This document shows, piece by piece, positions 31,278-40,620 of a stretch of 64,000 nucleotides of DNA. A program made the translations under genes and the position numbers. Position 1 is the first letter of the stretch, and every line of letters begins with the position of its first letter. The DNA is from an uncultured delta proteobacterium (GTDB lineage Bacteria; Myxococcota_A; Polyangia; Polyangiales; JAFGIB01), in NCBI GenBank assembly GCA_963778655.1, contig CAVZVA010000009.1, forward strand, positions 160,001 to 224,000. Direction: 5' to 3'. The notes under the pieces are model-generated. The model was not told where the DNA came from. It saw only the letters and a list, made by a program, of their open reading frames with translations, and did not search any database.

Positions 31278-31973
31278 ATGCCCGATGCAGCTCACCGTGC
31301 CTCGAGCGCGTTGCTCGAAGGCGTCGCGCGCCGCCTCTGGGGTTTCCCACCCAGGCTGATGCCGGAGATCGTGGAGCGGCTCGGCCCCGTCGGGGCGCTG
31401 CGCTGGTTCGCGGTGCACATGCCGCGCTACGAACGGACGCGCGGCACGTTCGGAGCGCTGCGGACGCACCTGCTCGGCCTCGAGATCTCGCTGCTCAACG
31501 GTTGCCCGTACTGCACGTTCGGTCACGCCTATGCATTCGAGCTGCTGTATCTCGAAGCCACCGGCCGGCTCTTCCCGCTGGACGAGCACGCGATCGTCGG
31601 CCTGCAAGGCACGAGCGAGGCGCTCTTGCAGCGCGTGCTGAGCGAGGCGCTCGAGCGCGCGGACCTCCGGGAGGAGGTCCCCTGGCTGCAGAACCTGCTT
31701 CAGCTCCGAAACGGCAAGCCGCCGAGCACGGACGCCGACCGCCGCATCTCGCATCTGCTGGAGATGTTCGGGGTGCTCAACGCGTGCGGCATCAGCGGTC
31801 GGGTCGATCCGGACGAGGCGCACGATCCCATCAACAAGGACACCGCGCTGAAGGCGCGTTACACGGCGCTGCGCGAGATCGAACGCGCGCGCTCGGTGCC
31901 GCCGCCCGTCGATGCTGCGGTGGCGCTCGATCCGGCCGGCGATCAAGCGCGGCCCGCCACTCTGTCACGCTAA
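31278..31973 (+). CDS. AhpD/carboxymuconolactone decarboxylase-like protein
   Basis: ISLLNGCPYCTFGHA motif. Confidence 0.7.
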   Translation: MPDAAHRASSALLEGVARRLWGFPPRLMPEIVERLGPVGALRWFAVHMPRYERTRGTFGALRTHLLGLEISLLNGCPYCTFGHAYAFELLYLEATGRLFPLDEHAIVGLQGTSEALLQRVLSEALERADLREEVPWLQNLLQLRNGKPPSTDADRRISHLLEMFGVLNACGISGRVDPDEAHDPINKDTALKARYTALREIERARSVPPPVDAAVALDPAGDQARPATLSR

Positions 31974-32161
31974 ATCAGAGCTCGCGATTCGGGATCGAAT
32001 CACAAGCTCTGATTTCTCCTTTGATTGTCAGGGAGTCGCGCCGACTCCCTCGGGCGAGGCAAAGCCTCGCGCATTCACCCTCTCGCGGTGGTGCGGCATC
32101 CGCCGCAGCGCTAGATGACCGATCGGCATGGCCGTTCCCGAATCGTGATCGGTCATTTAGC
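31969..32161 (+). repeat. 193-bp structured dispersed repeat (MITE/REPIN-like), copy 1
   Basis: First 35 nt identical to copy 2; imperfect ~26-bp terminal inverted repeats GCTAAAT...GATTCGGGA; five hairpins. Confidence 0.85.
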
Positions 32162-32218
32162 CGCGGGCGGCGCCAGATCGGGAGCGACAACGATCGAGGT
32201 CACCCGGGCGGAGCCGTC

Positions 32219-32917
32219 CTACGGCGGCGGCTCGTTCGGGCTGTCGGCGAAGCGGTAGCCGACGCCGCGCACGGTCTCGATGTAGTCGCCGGCGGCGCCC
32301 AGCTTCTGGCGCAGGCGCTTGACGTGGGTGTCGACGGTGCGGGTGGTGATGTCGGCGGCGATGCCCCATACGTCGTCGAGCAGCGACGCGCGGCTCTGCA
32401 CGCGGTTCTTGCGGTCGAATAGGTTCAGCAGCAGCTTGAACTCGAGCGCGGTCAGCTCGAGCTCAACCTGGTTGACCCACACCCGGTGCGCGCCGCGATC
32501 GATGCGCAGGCAGCCGAACTCGGTCGGTTGCTCCGTCGCGGATTCACCCTTGCCGCGCCGCAGGATGGCGTCGATGCGCAGCAGCAGCTCGCGCACGCTG
32601 AATGGCTTGACCACGTAGTCGTCGGCGCCCAGCTCGAAGCCGACGATGCGATCCACTTCCTCGCCTTTGGCCGTCAGCATCAGCACCGCGATGTCGCGCG
32701 TCTGCGCAGCCTGCTTGAGCGCCTTGCACACCTCGGTCCCCGCCAGATCGGGCAGCATCAGATCGAGCAGCACCAGATCGGGCTGATGCTCGCGCGCGAG
32801 CGCCAGGCCTTCGCGGCCGCGCACCGCGCTCAGTACCTCGTGGCCGGCCTGCCGCAGGTTGAACTCGAGGACCCGTTGCAGGTCCTTTTCGTCCTCGATA
32901 ACGAGTAGGCGTGCCAT
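32219..32917 (-). CDS. phoB: OmpR-family response regulator, PhoB-like
   Basis: LVIEDE, LLDLMLP, LTAKGEE, GADDYVVKPF, RTVDTHVKRLRQKL, IETVRGVGYRF; Pho locus context. Confidence 0.88.
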   Translation of the reverse strand: MARLLVIEDEKDLQRVLEFNLRQAGHEVLSAVRGREGLALAREHQPDLVLLDLMLPDLAGTEVCKALKQAAQTRDIAVLMLTAKGEEVDRIVGFELGADDYVVKPFSVRELLLRIDAILRRGKGESATEQPTEFGCLRIDRGAHRVWVNQVELELTALEFKLLLNLFDRKNRVQSRASLLDDVWGIAADITTRTVDTHVKRLRQKLGAAGDYIETVRGVGYRFADSPNEPPP

Positions 32918-32926
32918 TGCGTTCGG

Positions 32927-32960
32927 CTTATAGCGCGTCTGTGTGACGGTTTGGTGACGC
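32927..32960 (-). promoter_or_regulatory. Pho box plus -10-like element upstream of phoB
   Basis: Minus strand GCGTCAC-CAAA-CCGTCAC, 10 nt, TATAAG, 9 nt, ATG. Confidence 0.75.
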
Positions 32961-33132
32961 CTTGGCCGTGCCCGGCGGACCGCAACATGGCCGCAGCGCC
33001 GCAGGAAACAGCAAACCCAGCAAGACGGGAAGGGTCTCGGGGATTGTTCGCGGAGTCGGGCGCGCGCGCCTGGCCGAACCTTTGCGACCAGCAGCAAGAT
33101 TATCCCGGCTTCCCGGTTTGCCGCCGGCTCTC

Positions 33133-33243
33133 AGGGCTCGCGAATGCACAACTCGATCGGCTGCGGCCGCACGAGCGGGCGCGCTCGCGGCCGCACTCCG
33201 CTCGCGCGCCCGGTCTCGACCGAGTTGTGTATTCGCGAGCCCT
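33133..33243. repeat. 111-bp element bounded by 27-bp inverted repeats
   Basis: AGGGCTCGCGAATGCACAACTCGATCG ... CGACCGAGTTGTGTATTCGCGAGCCCT (2 mismatches). Confidence 0.8.
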
Positions 33244-33270
33244 CACGCCGTGGCCGCCGCACACCGCCAG

Positions 33271-35709
33271 CTATCCAGGCGCGCTGCCCGTGCGCCCGCG
33301 CCACGCCCGCAGCACCAGCTTGGACAGCTCCACTGCGGTGACCGGCGCCAGCCCGGCCAGCAGGGCCCAGCCGGCTTGTAGCGGCGACAGCGCGACGATG
33401 CGGAACAGCGATTGCGTGAGCGGCAGCGCGTGCAGCCCGAGCTGCGCCAGCATCGAGAGCGCCACCACCAGCAGCAACAAGCGATTGCCCAACACCCCGA
33501 CCTCGAAGAACAGCTGCGTCGGGCTGCGCGCGGCGAAGGCGCGCAGCAGCTCGCCGAAGACCAGCACCGCGAACGCCGCGCTACGCGCCGCCAGCAGGCC
33601 GTGCGCCCGCAACGTCCAGGCGAACATGCCCAGCGTGACGGCGGTCTGGACCGCGCCGGTGAACGCGACCGCGCGCCACTGCGGCGCCCCCAGCAGCGGC
33701 CGCCCGGGCGGGCGCGGCGGTCGTCGCAGCACGTGAGGGTCGGTCGGGTCGAGCGCCAGCGCGAGCGCGGGCAGGCCGTCGGTGACCAGGTTGATCCACA
33801 ACAGGTGCAGCGGCAGCAACGGCAGTGGCAGCCCGATTACGCCCGCGAGCAGCATCACCGCGAGCTCGGCCGAGTTGCCGGCCAGCAGGTAGACCAGCGT
33901 CTTCTGGATGTTGTCGAAGATGCCGCGGCCTTCGCGTACAGCCGCCACGATGCTGGCGAAGTTGTCGTCGGCCAGCACCATGTCCGCCGCTTCGCGCGTG
34001 ACCTCGGTGCCGGTTTTGCCCATGGCGATGCCGATGTGCGCCTCGCGCAGCGCTGGCGCGTCGTTGACCCCGTCGCCGGTCATCGCCACCACCGCGCCGC
34101 GCGCCTTCCAGTGCCGCACGATCTCGAGCTTGGCCTCGGGCGTGGCGCGCGCGTGAACGCGCTCGGCGGCGTCCTCTTCGGGGAGCACGATGCCTAGCTC
34201 GCGCGCGATCGCCAGCGCGGTGTCGGGGTGGTCGCCGGTGATCATCACCGTGGTGATGCCGGCGCTGCGCGCGTCCGCGACGGCCTCGATCGCCTCGGGC
34301 CGCGGCGGATCGGCGATCCCGAGCAAGCCCAGCAGCGTGAGCGAGCGCTCTTCGTCGCCCTGGCCGACCGCCACCGCTAGCACGCGCAAGCCGCGCGCCG
34401 CCAGCGCTGCGTGGGCTTCGGCCGCGCCCTCTTTGCCGTTGCTGCAGGCGTCGAGCACCACCTCGACCGCGCCCTTGAGGTAGAGCCGGCCGTCCGCGCG
34501 CGCGATCGACATGCGCTTGCGCGCCGCGTCGAAGGGACGCACCAGCACCCGCGGGCGCTCGCGCTCGATCGCCTCGCGCGCGATGCCGCGCTCGGCCGCG
34601 GCCTGCAGGATCGCCAGCTCGGTGGGGTCGCCCACGCCGTCGCGGCCGTCCGGTCCGAGCTCGGCGTCGCAGCACGCGGCCGCGGCGTCGAGCAGGCGCG
34701 CGGGGTCCTCGCCCCACAGCTCGCGCACCTGCATCACGCCGGTGGTCAGCGTGCCGGTCTTGTCGGTGCAGATCACGCTGGCGCTGCCCAGCGTCTCGAC
34801 CGCGGGCAATCTGCGCACGAGCACGTGCCGCGCCGCCATGCGCTGCACGCCGCGCGCGAGCGCGATCGTGACCACGGCTGGTAGCCCCTCGGGCACGGCG
34901 GCGACCGCCAGCGAGACCGCCGACAGCAGCACCTCCAGCCATGAACGCCCGCGGCCGAGCTCGAGCGCCGCGACCACGCCGACGATCGCCAGGCACACGT
35001 ACGCCAGCGTGCGGCCGACGCGCGCGAGCTGTTGCTGCAGCGGCGTCGGGCCTTGCTGCACGCGCGCCAGTAGCTCGGCGATGCGTCCGAGCTCGGTGCC
35101 CATCCCGGTCGCGGTGACCCGCGCCCGGCCGGTGCCGTGCGCCACCGCGGTGCCCATGAACACGCAGTCGCTGCGCTCGGCCAGCGGCGTGCTCGCGTCG
35201 CTCGGTTGCAGCGATTTCTGAGCGGGCAAGCTCTCGCCGGTCAGCGCCGCCTCGTTGCTCGCGAGCGCGTGGGCCTCGAGCAGCCGGCCGTCGGCGGCGA
35301 CCACGTCGCCGGCTTCGAGCAACAGCACATCGCCGGGCACGATCTCGGTCGCGGGCAGCAGGCGCGCGCGGCCGTCCCGCAGCACGCGCGCGCGCGGCGC
35401 GGTCATGGCACGCAGCGCCAGGATCGCGCGCTCGGCGCGGTACTCCTGCGCGAAGCCCACGATCGCGTTGAGCACCACGATGGTGCCGATCGCAATCGCG
35501 TCCGCCAGCTCGCCGAGCGCGCCGGACACGACGCAGGCGACCGCCAGCAGCCCGATCACCGGGCTCTTGACCTGGGCCAGCAGCAGCACCCACGGTGAGG
35601 CGCCCTCGTCGTGCGCGATCAGGTTGGGGCCGTGCTCTGCGAGCCGCGCGGCGGCCTCGACCTCGCTCAGGCCGGCGGCCTTGGCGCCCCGGGCGTCCGC
35701 GTCGCTCAT
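33271..35709 (-). CDS. Cation-transporting P-type ATPase (P2A, Ca2+-like)
   Basis: LTGES, AVPEGLP, DKTGTLT, TGDH, GDGVNDAP, NLVTDGLPALAL; ATGA overlap with doxX. Confidence 0.93.
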   Translation of the reverse strand: MSDADARGAKAAGLSEVEAAARLAEHGPNLIAHDEGASPWVLLLAQVKSPVIGLLAVACVVSGALGELADAIAIGTIVVLNAIVGFAQEYRAERAILALRAMTAPRARVLRDGRARLLPATEIVPGDVLLLEAGDVVAADGRLLEAHALASNEAALTGESLPAQKSLQPSDASTPLAERSDCVFMGTAVAHGTGRARVTATGMGTELGRIAELLARVQQGPTPLQQQLARVGRTLAYVCLAIVGVVAALELGRGRSWLEVLLSAVSLAVAAVPEGLPAVVTIALARGVQRMAARHVLVRRLPAVETLGSASVICTDKTGTLTTGVMQVRELWGEDPARLLDAAAACCDAELGPDGRDGVGDPTELAILQAAAERGIAREAIERERPRVLVRPFDAARKRMSIARADGRLYLKGAVEVVLDACSNGKEGAAEAHAALAARGLRVLAVAVGQGDEERSLTLLGLLGIADPPRPEAIEAVADARSAGITTVMITGDHPDTALAIARELGIVLPEEDAAERVHARATPEAKLEIVRHWKARGAVVAMTGDGVNDAPALREAHIGIAMGKTGTEVTREAADMVLADDNFASIVAAVREGRGIFDNIQKTLVYLLAGNSAELAVMLLAGVIGLPLPLLPLHLLWINLVTDGLPALALALDPTDPHVLRRPPRPPGRPLLGAPQWRAVAFTGAVQTAVTLGMFAWTLRAHGLLAARSAAFAVLVFGELLRAFAARSPTQLFFEVGVLGNRLLLLVVALSMLAQLGLHALPLTQSLFRIVALSPLQAGWALLAGLAPVTAVELSKLVLRAWRGRTGSAPG

Positions 35710-36107
35710 CGGCCGATGCGCAGGCGCCACGGCCCAGGCCCGATCAGCAGCAGCGAGAGAAACACGACACCGGCCTCCATCGCGTGCGATGCCTCGGCGA
35801 AGCCCTCGCCGCGGCCGAAGTGGTGCGAGACGGCTACCAGCATGGTGAACGCCATCAGCGCGCAGGCCGGGCGGAACAGCACTCCCGTCGCGAGCAGCAC
35901 TCCGCCGCCGAGCTCGGAGGCCATCGCCATGAAGCCCCAGAAGGCCGGCGCGAAGTGCACCCCGAACGCGCCCATCGCCTCGCCCAGGGCGTGCCAGCGC
36001 GCAGGACCACCGAGCAGCTTGGGCAGCCCGTGGCCCACGAAGCTCGCGCCCAGGCCGGCGCGCAAGATGAACAGCCCGAGGTCGCGATGTTTCCCGGAAT
36101 CGGCCAT
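35706..36107 (-). CDS. DoxX family membrane protein
   Basis: LFILRAGLG, HGLPKL, SELGGG, GPGPW. Confidence 0.88.
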   Translation of the reverse strand: MADSGKHRDLGLFILRAGLGASFVGHGLPKLLGGPARWHALGEAMGAFGVHFAPAFWGFMAMASELGGGVLLATGVLFRPACALMAFTMLVAVSHHFGRGEGFAEASHAMEAGVVFLSLLLIGPGPWRLRIGR

Positions 36108-36248
36108 GACGGCGGGGATGGTACACCGGAGCGGGCGCAGCGGGGTGGGGAGGGACATGCCCGCGCAGCTGCCGGCGATCCCCACCGCGGGCGCGCCAAT
36201 TGGCGCTCCACCGGGCGCCGCGCGAGGCTTGCGCGCGGATCGCTGCAA

Positions 36249-36998
36249 ATGACCTCTCCCGTTGCCCTGCTCGCGACCTTCCTGATCGGGTTCGGCGCCA
36301 CGTTTGTGTTCGTGGCGACCGGTGGGGTCGGCATGATCACCATCCCTGCGCTGATCTTTCTCGGGCTCTCGCCGCAGGCGGCGATCGCGACCGACATCTT
36401 CGCGCTGTTCGGGGGCCGGCTGGGCGGGCTGCTGGGGTTGCGGCGCGCGGGCAAGGTGGACGTCGCGCTCGGCCTGCGCCTGGGCGCTATCACGGCGATC
36501 GGCGCGGCTCTGGGCGCGCTCACCTTGTTGCAGCTGCCCGCCGGCCTGGCCAAGCGCATGCTCGCGTTCTTGCTCCTGGCTCTGCTCGGCCTGCTGCTGC
36601 TGCGCCCGCGCATCGGCGTGGAAGCGGCGCAGCCGGTGAGCGGACGGCGGCGTTTGGCCGGCAGCTTGCTGTTTCTGCCGATCGGCTTCTGGAGCACGCT
36701 GATCGGCATGGGCTTTCTCAACCTGGCCGGCGCGGTGCTGCTGCTGGTCTTCCGCAAGAGCTTCCTCGAGACCGCCGGCGTGCTCACGATCGTGGGCCTG
36801 GCGGTGGCGCTGACCGGGCTCGCGGTCTTCGGCAGCCACCACGCCATCGTCTGGCCGCTGGGCCTGGCCATGCTCGCAGGCAAGGGGAGTGGCGGCTATT
36901 TCGGCGCGCGCTACGCGGTCAGGCTCGGCGAGCGCCGCGTGCGCCTGCTGTTCGTCGCGGTGGTGCTGCTGTCGGCGCTGCGGCTCTACTTCGCGTGA
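36249..36998 (+). CDS. TauE/SafE (TSUP) family membrane protein
   Basis: GGVGMITIPALIFLGLSPQAAIAT, GGYFGARYA; highly hydrophobic. Confidence 0.8.
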   Translation: MTSPVALLATFLIGFGATFVFVATGGVGMITIPALIFLGLSPQAAIATDIFALFGGRLGGLLGLRRAGKVDVALGLRLGAITAIGAALGALTLLQLPAGLAKRMLAFLLLALLGLLLLRPRIGVEAAQPVSGRRRLAGSLLFLPIGFWSTLIGMGFLNLAGAVLLLVFRKSFLETAGVLTIVGLAVALTGLAVFGSHHAIVWPLGLAMLAGKGSGGYFGARYAVRLGERRVRLLFVAVVLLSALRLYFA

Positions 36999-37002
36999 AG
37001 GC

Positions 37003-38760
37003 TCACGGGGGCGGCGGACATCCTTCGTCGGCCAGCCCGTCGCAATCGTCGTCGGCGCCGTCTCCGCAGCTCTCGACCAGCGCGCAGCCGCAGCCGTCGT
37101 CGGCCAGCCCGTCGCAATCGTCGTCGACGCCGTCGCCGCAGCGCTCGCTGCTGGGGCTGCAGCAGTCCTCGTCCACCCTGCCGTCGCAGTCGTCGTCGCG
37201 CTGGTCGCACAGTTCCGGCGCGGGCACGCAGGCCTCGACCCGCGGCGCCCACTGCACGCGCTGATCGCTCTCGTCGAGCTGCTGGAACGGCAGCCAGAAC
37301 GGGGGATGGCTCGGGTCCTCTCCGCGCGCCGCCTTCGCGCTCTCGATCTCCGCAGCCCACAGCTGTAGCTGGCCGGGCTCGAGCGTGTGGTCGGCATAGG
37401 CGCGGGTCGAGGAGAACAGCAGCCAGGCCGCATCCGGCGCGTCCGCCGGCATCCAGCTCGGCATGACATCGGCGCTCGGCCCCATCGGCTTGCCCAGCGC
37501 GAGCGCGATCGGCGTGCCGCCGTCGGCGCTCACCAGCCACAGCGAGGCGTCCTTGGGCTGCCTGGCGCTGCCCTTGGCCTTCTCGAACGCGATGAACGCG
37601 CCGTCGGGCGAATAGGCGGGATACAGCAGGGTCTCGTCCTTCTTGGCCTCGACCAGCAGCTCGGGTGCGCCGAGCGTGCCGTCGAGCGCCACGCGCACGC
37701 GCGCCAAGCTGGTGCCGCTCAGGTTTTGGTCGTCGTTGTCGCCGCCCTGCGGCCACAGCGCGAGCGCGAGATAGCGCCCGTCCGGGGACCAATCGGGTTG
37801 GCTCGCGCGCACCCCCGCGGGCAGCGCGGCCTGCGCCAGCGGCTCGCCGCTGTCCGCGTCGAGCACGCGCAGGTTGCCGGCGTCGGTGGTGGCGATGCGC
37901 GACGCGGTGGGGTCGAACGTGGCCCAGGCGAAGGGCGTCGTCGTCGAGCTCGCGTCGGGCGACAGGATGGGTTGCAGCGCCGGCAGCGACCACTCGCCGA
38001 GCTGCGCGTCCGCCGTGACCGCGAGCAGGCGCCGGCCGTCGCGCGAGAGCGCATGGCAGCCCACGCACGCAGGCGAGCCGGGCGCTGCGCTTGCCGGCGT
38101 CAGCTCGAGATAAGCCGCGCCGCCGGCGGCCAGCGCCGCGCGCTTCAACCCGGCGGCCGGCGCCGCGCCGTAATACAGCTCTCCGGCGGGCGTGGGCCCA
38201 CGCACCAGCAGGTGCACCGGCTCGGTGCGAAAGACGTCGGTCGCGGAGCCGAGCGAGAGCGCGCGCAGGCTCAGCGTGAGCTGCGCGCCGGCCTGCTCGC
38301 GCAGCAGCGCGGCAAAGCGCGGCGCCGGCAGCGCCAGCTCGTGCTGGTCGCTGTACACGCGCAGGTTCAGGCCCTTGCTCTCGATGCGCAGCTCGTACAG
38401 CAGCGCGGCCGCGTCCTTGGGCGCGGGCTTGGCCATCATGTCTGCCTTGGGCGCGGCCATCGCCGGCGTGCTCATGGCGTCCTTGGGCGGCGCAGGCGCC
38501 GGTCCGCTGCGCCACGCGAACGCGATCGGCGCGACGTCTTGCGGCACCACTGTCCCGTCCGCCGGATAGACCCAGCTCAGGTGCGCCGCGTCCACCCGCC
38601 CCGCGCCGGCGGCGGCGAAGCGCGCGATCGCGGCCGCCGGCACGTCGCCGATTACGATCGCGCCGGCGCCTGCGCCCGGCGCCAGCTCGACCGGCTGCAG
38701 GCCGCAGCCGCAGCCCAGCGCGAGCCAGGGCCAGAGCAGGGCGCGCGCACCCGGTCTCAT
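37003..38760 (-). CDS. TolB-like beta-propeller lipoprotein with CxxCH and C-terminal DDDCDG repeats
   Basis: LGCGC lipobox; CVGCH; PDWSPDG, PAYSPDG, LFSSTR, PPFWLPFQ; three CxxxxDDDCDG units. Confidence 0.8.
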   Translation of the reverse strand: MRPGARALLWPWLALGCGCGLQPVELAPGAGAGAIVIGDVPAAAIARFAAAGAGRVDAAHLSWVYPADGTVVPQDVAPIAFAWRSGPAPAPPKDAMSTPAMAAPKADMMAKPAPKDAAALLYELRIESKGLNLRVYSDQHELALPAPRFAALLREQAGAQLTLSLRALSLGSATDVFRTEPVHLLVRGPTPAGELYYGAAPAAGLKRAALAAGGAAYLELTPASAAPGSPACVGCHALSRDGRRLLAVTADAQLGEWSLPALQPILSPDASSTTTPFAWATFDPTASRIATTDAGNLRVLDADSGEPLAQAALPAGVRASQPDWSPDGRYLALALWPQGGDNDDQNLSGTSLARVRVALDGTLGAPELLVEAKKDETLLYPAYSPDGAFIAFEKAKGSARQPKDASLWLVSADGGTPIALALGKPMGPSADVMPSWMPADAPDAAWLLFSSTRAYADHTLEPGQLQLWAAEIESAKAARGEDPSHPPFWLPFQQLDESDQRVQWAPRVEACVPAPELCDQRDDDCDGRVDEDCCSPSSERCGDGVDDDCDGLADDGCGCALVESCGDGADDDCDGLADEGCPPPP

Positions 38761-39908
38761 CGCGAGAGCAGCTTGCGGGCGGCGGTTGCTTGCGGCGTGG
38801 AAGGAAAGCCGCGCACCAGCGCGGCGGCGGCGGCGCGCGCCTGCTCCTTCCGACCCAGCTGCAGCAGCACCCGCACCTCCAACCAGCTGGCCTCCGCGTC
38901 CAGCCTAGCGTGCGGGAAGCGCTGGCGGTAGCGCGCCAGCACCCGCTGCGCGGCGGTTCCGTCGCCGGATTCGAGCTCCAGCCGCGCCCAGCGCAGCAGC
39001 GCGACCTCGGCGTTGGGATCGGGGCGCGCGCCGGCCTGGGCGTAGAGCGTGCGGGCTTGGTCGAGCTGGCCGCGCCGCCGCGCGCTCTCGGCGGCGGCCA
39101 GCAGCAGCGCCGAGCTGGCGGGTGGCTTGCGCGCGGCGTGCGGCTGCGCCGGGGCTCCGGCGTCACCGCTGCGCGCGGGTGGCGGCGCAGGCGCGCCGGC
39201 GGCGAGCAGCTCGCGCAGCGCGCGCCCGTCGGCGTCCGACGCGGGTGCGATCGAGTCGCCCCGTCCGGCTGCGCCGCGCCGCAGCACGTGCCCGGGCGTG
39301 AGCCGCAGCGCTGGCTGCGCGGGGCCCAGCACCTCGACCACGCCCGACAGCAACACCACCTCGAACGCGCCGTCAGCGCGCACCGAGAAACGCGTGCCCG
39401 TGATCACCACCTCGCCGAGCGCGCTGCGGATGCGCAAGCGCGCGGGCCGCAGGCTGTGCAGGTCGCCGGCGACCGCGCCCTGGCGCAGCGTGATCGTCAG
39501 CTCGCACGCGCTCGCGCGTTCCACGGCCAGCGCGGCGCTCGGCTCGGCGACCAGCAGCCCGTACGCTCCCAGCGAGAGGCGTTGCTTGCCGTCGTCGCCG
39601 CGCACCAGGCGCGGCGCCGAAGCGCCCGATGGCAAGCCACAGGCCACGGCGGCCGCGGGCGCCTGCGGCTCGGGCGCGCGCGGGGCCAGCGAGCGCCAGC
39701 CGAGCAGGGCGGCCGCGGCCGCCGCGAGCGTGCCCGCGAACAGCCCGATGCGCCGCCGCCGGCGCGCGCGGGCCAGGCGCGCGCCCTCCGCCACCACGCG
39801 TGCGATCACGCGTTGCTGCGCCTGTGGCCCGAGCGTGGTCTCGGATGACGCGGCGGCCGACAGGCGCCGTTGCAGCCGTGGGTCGAGCTCTTGTTCGTCG
39901 TCGCTCAT
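38757..39908 (-). CDS. FecR-like anti-sigma factor with TPR-like C-terminus
   Basis: Single TM, LRQG, GEVVITGTRFSV, GVVEV; YRQRFP and RGFPSTPQ TPR-like tail; coupled to the sigma gene. Confidence 0.8.
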   Translation of the reverse strand: MSDDEQELDPRLQRRLSAAASSETTLGPQAQQRVIARVVAEGARLARARRRRRIGLFAGTLAAAAAALLGWRSLAPRAPEPQAPAAAVACGLPSGASAPRLVRGDDGKQRLSLGAYGLLVAEPSAALAVERASACELTITLRQGAVAGDLHSLRPARLRIRSALGEVVITGTRFSVRADGAFEVVLLSGVVEVLGPAQPALRLTPGHVLRRGAAGRGDSIAPASDADGRALRELLAAGAPAPPPARSGDAGAPAQPHAARKPPASSALLLAAAESARRRGQLDQARTLYAQAGARPDPNAEVALLRWARLELESGDGTAAQRVLARYRQRFPHARLDAEASWLEVRVLLQLGRKEQARAAAAALVRGFPSTPQATAARKLLSR

Positions 39909-40525
39909 CGCGCGCGCTCCGCAAGCCACTCCCGCAAGTAGGGATCCCCTTGCGCGGCCGCCAGCAGCTCCTTCTGCGCGTAGTAGATGCGCGAGCGCGT
40001 GGCCGGAACCGAGGCCTGCATGACGGCGGCGATCTCGGCCGGCGGCATGCCCTCGAAAGCCCACAGCAGAAAGGCGACGCGTTTAGGCTCCGAGATCTGC
40101 TGCAGCAGCGCGCGCACCCGGCGCAGCGCCTCGGCCGCGCTCGCACTCTCGTCGGGGGCGGCGGCCCGCGCATGGAGCTCGGCCGCGCCCTCCATCGACA
40201 CCGCCAGGCGCTGCACCTTGGGCGGCCGCATCGCACGGCGCGCGACGTGAACCGCGACGCCGATCACGAAGGTCGAGAGCGAGCTCTCGCGGCGGAACCC
40301 GGGCAGCGCGTGCAGGGTCTCGAGAAAGGTGGTTTGCACGAGATCCTCCAAGTCCTGCCGCGGACCCAGGATGCGCAGCAAGACCCGCTGCACCCGCTCC
40401 CAGTGGGTGCGCACCAGCTCCTCCAGCGCCTGCGCATCGCCTGCCTGCGCGCGCCGGACCTGGTCGCCTTCAGCTCGAGCAGCCACGCCTGGTTCCAGCA
40501 CGGCGACGTCGGCCAGGTGCCGCAC
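39905..40525 (-). CDS. ECF RNA polymerase sigma factor
   Basis: AQAGDAQALEELV, EDLVQTTF, FRRESSLSTF, EGMPPAEIA, TRSRIYYA; start uncertain. Confidence 0.9.
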   Translation of the reverse strand: MRHLADVAVLEPGVAARAEGDQVRRAQAGDAQALEELVRTHWERVQRVLLRILGPRQDLEDLVQTTFLETLHALPGFRRESSLSTFVIGVAVHVARRAMRPPKVQRLAVSMEGAAELHARAAAPDESASAAEALRRVRALLQQISEPKRVAFLLWAFEGMPPAEIAAVMQASVPATRSRIYYAQKELLAAAQGDPYLREWLAERAR

Positions 40526-40620
40526 GTCCCATGAGTCGCCGCAGGGTGCCACAACGATGAAAGGAAGCGCAGCCGGTCGTGCGCGCGGTCTCGGTGGAGC
40601 GCCGGCCGGTGCGACAAAGA

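Noticed and set aside
31969..32161. Repeat as tRNA, riboswitch or coding ORF
   Set aside because: No cloverleaf or T-loop; located at 3' ends between convergent genes; ORFs over the two copies are not conserved
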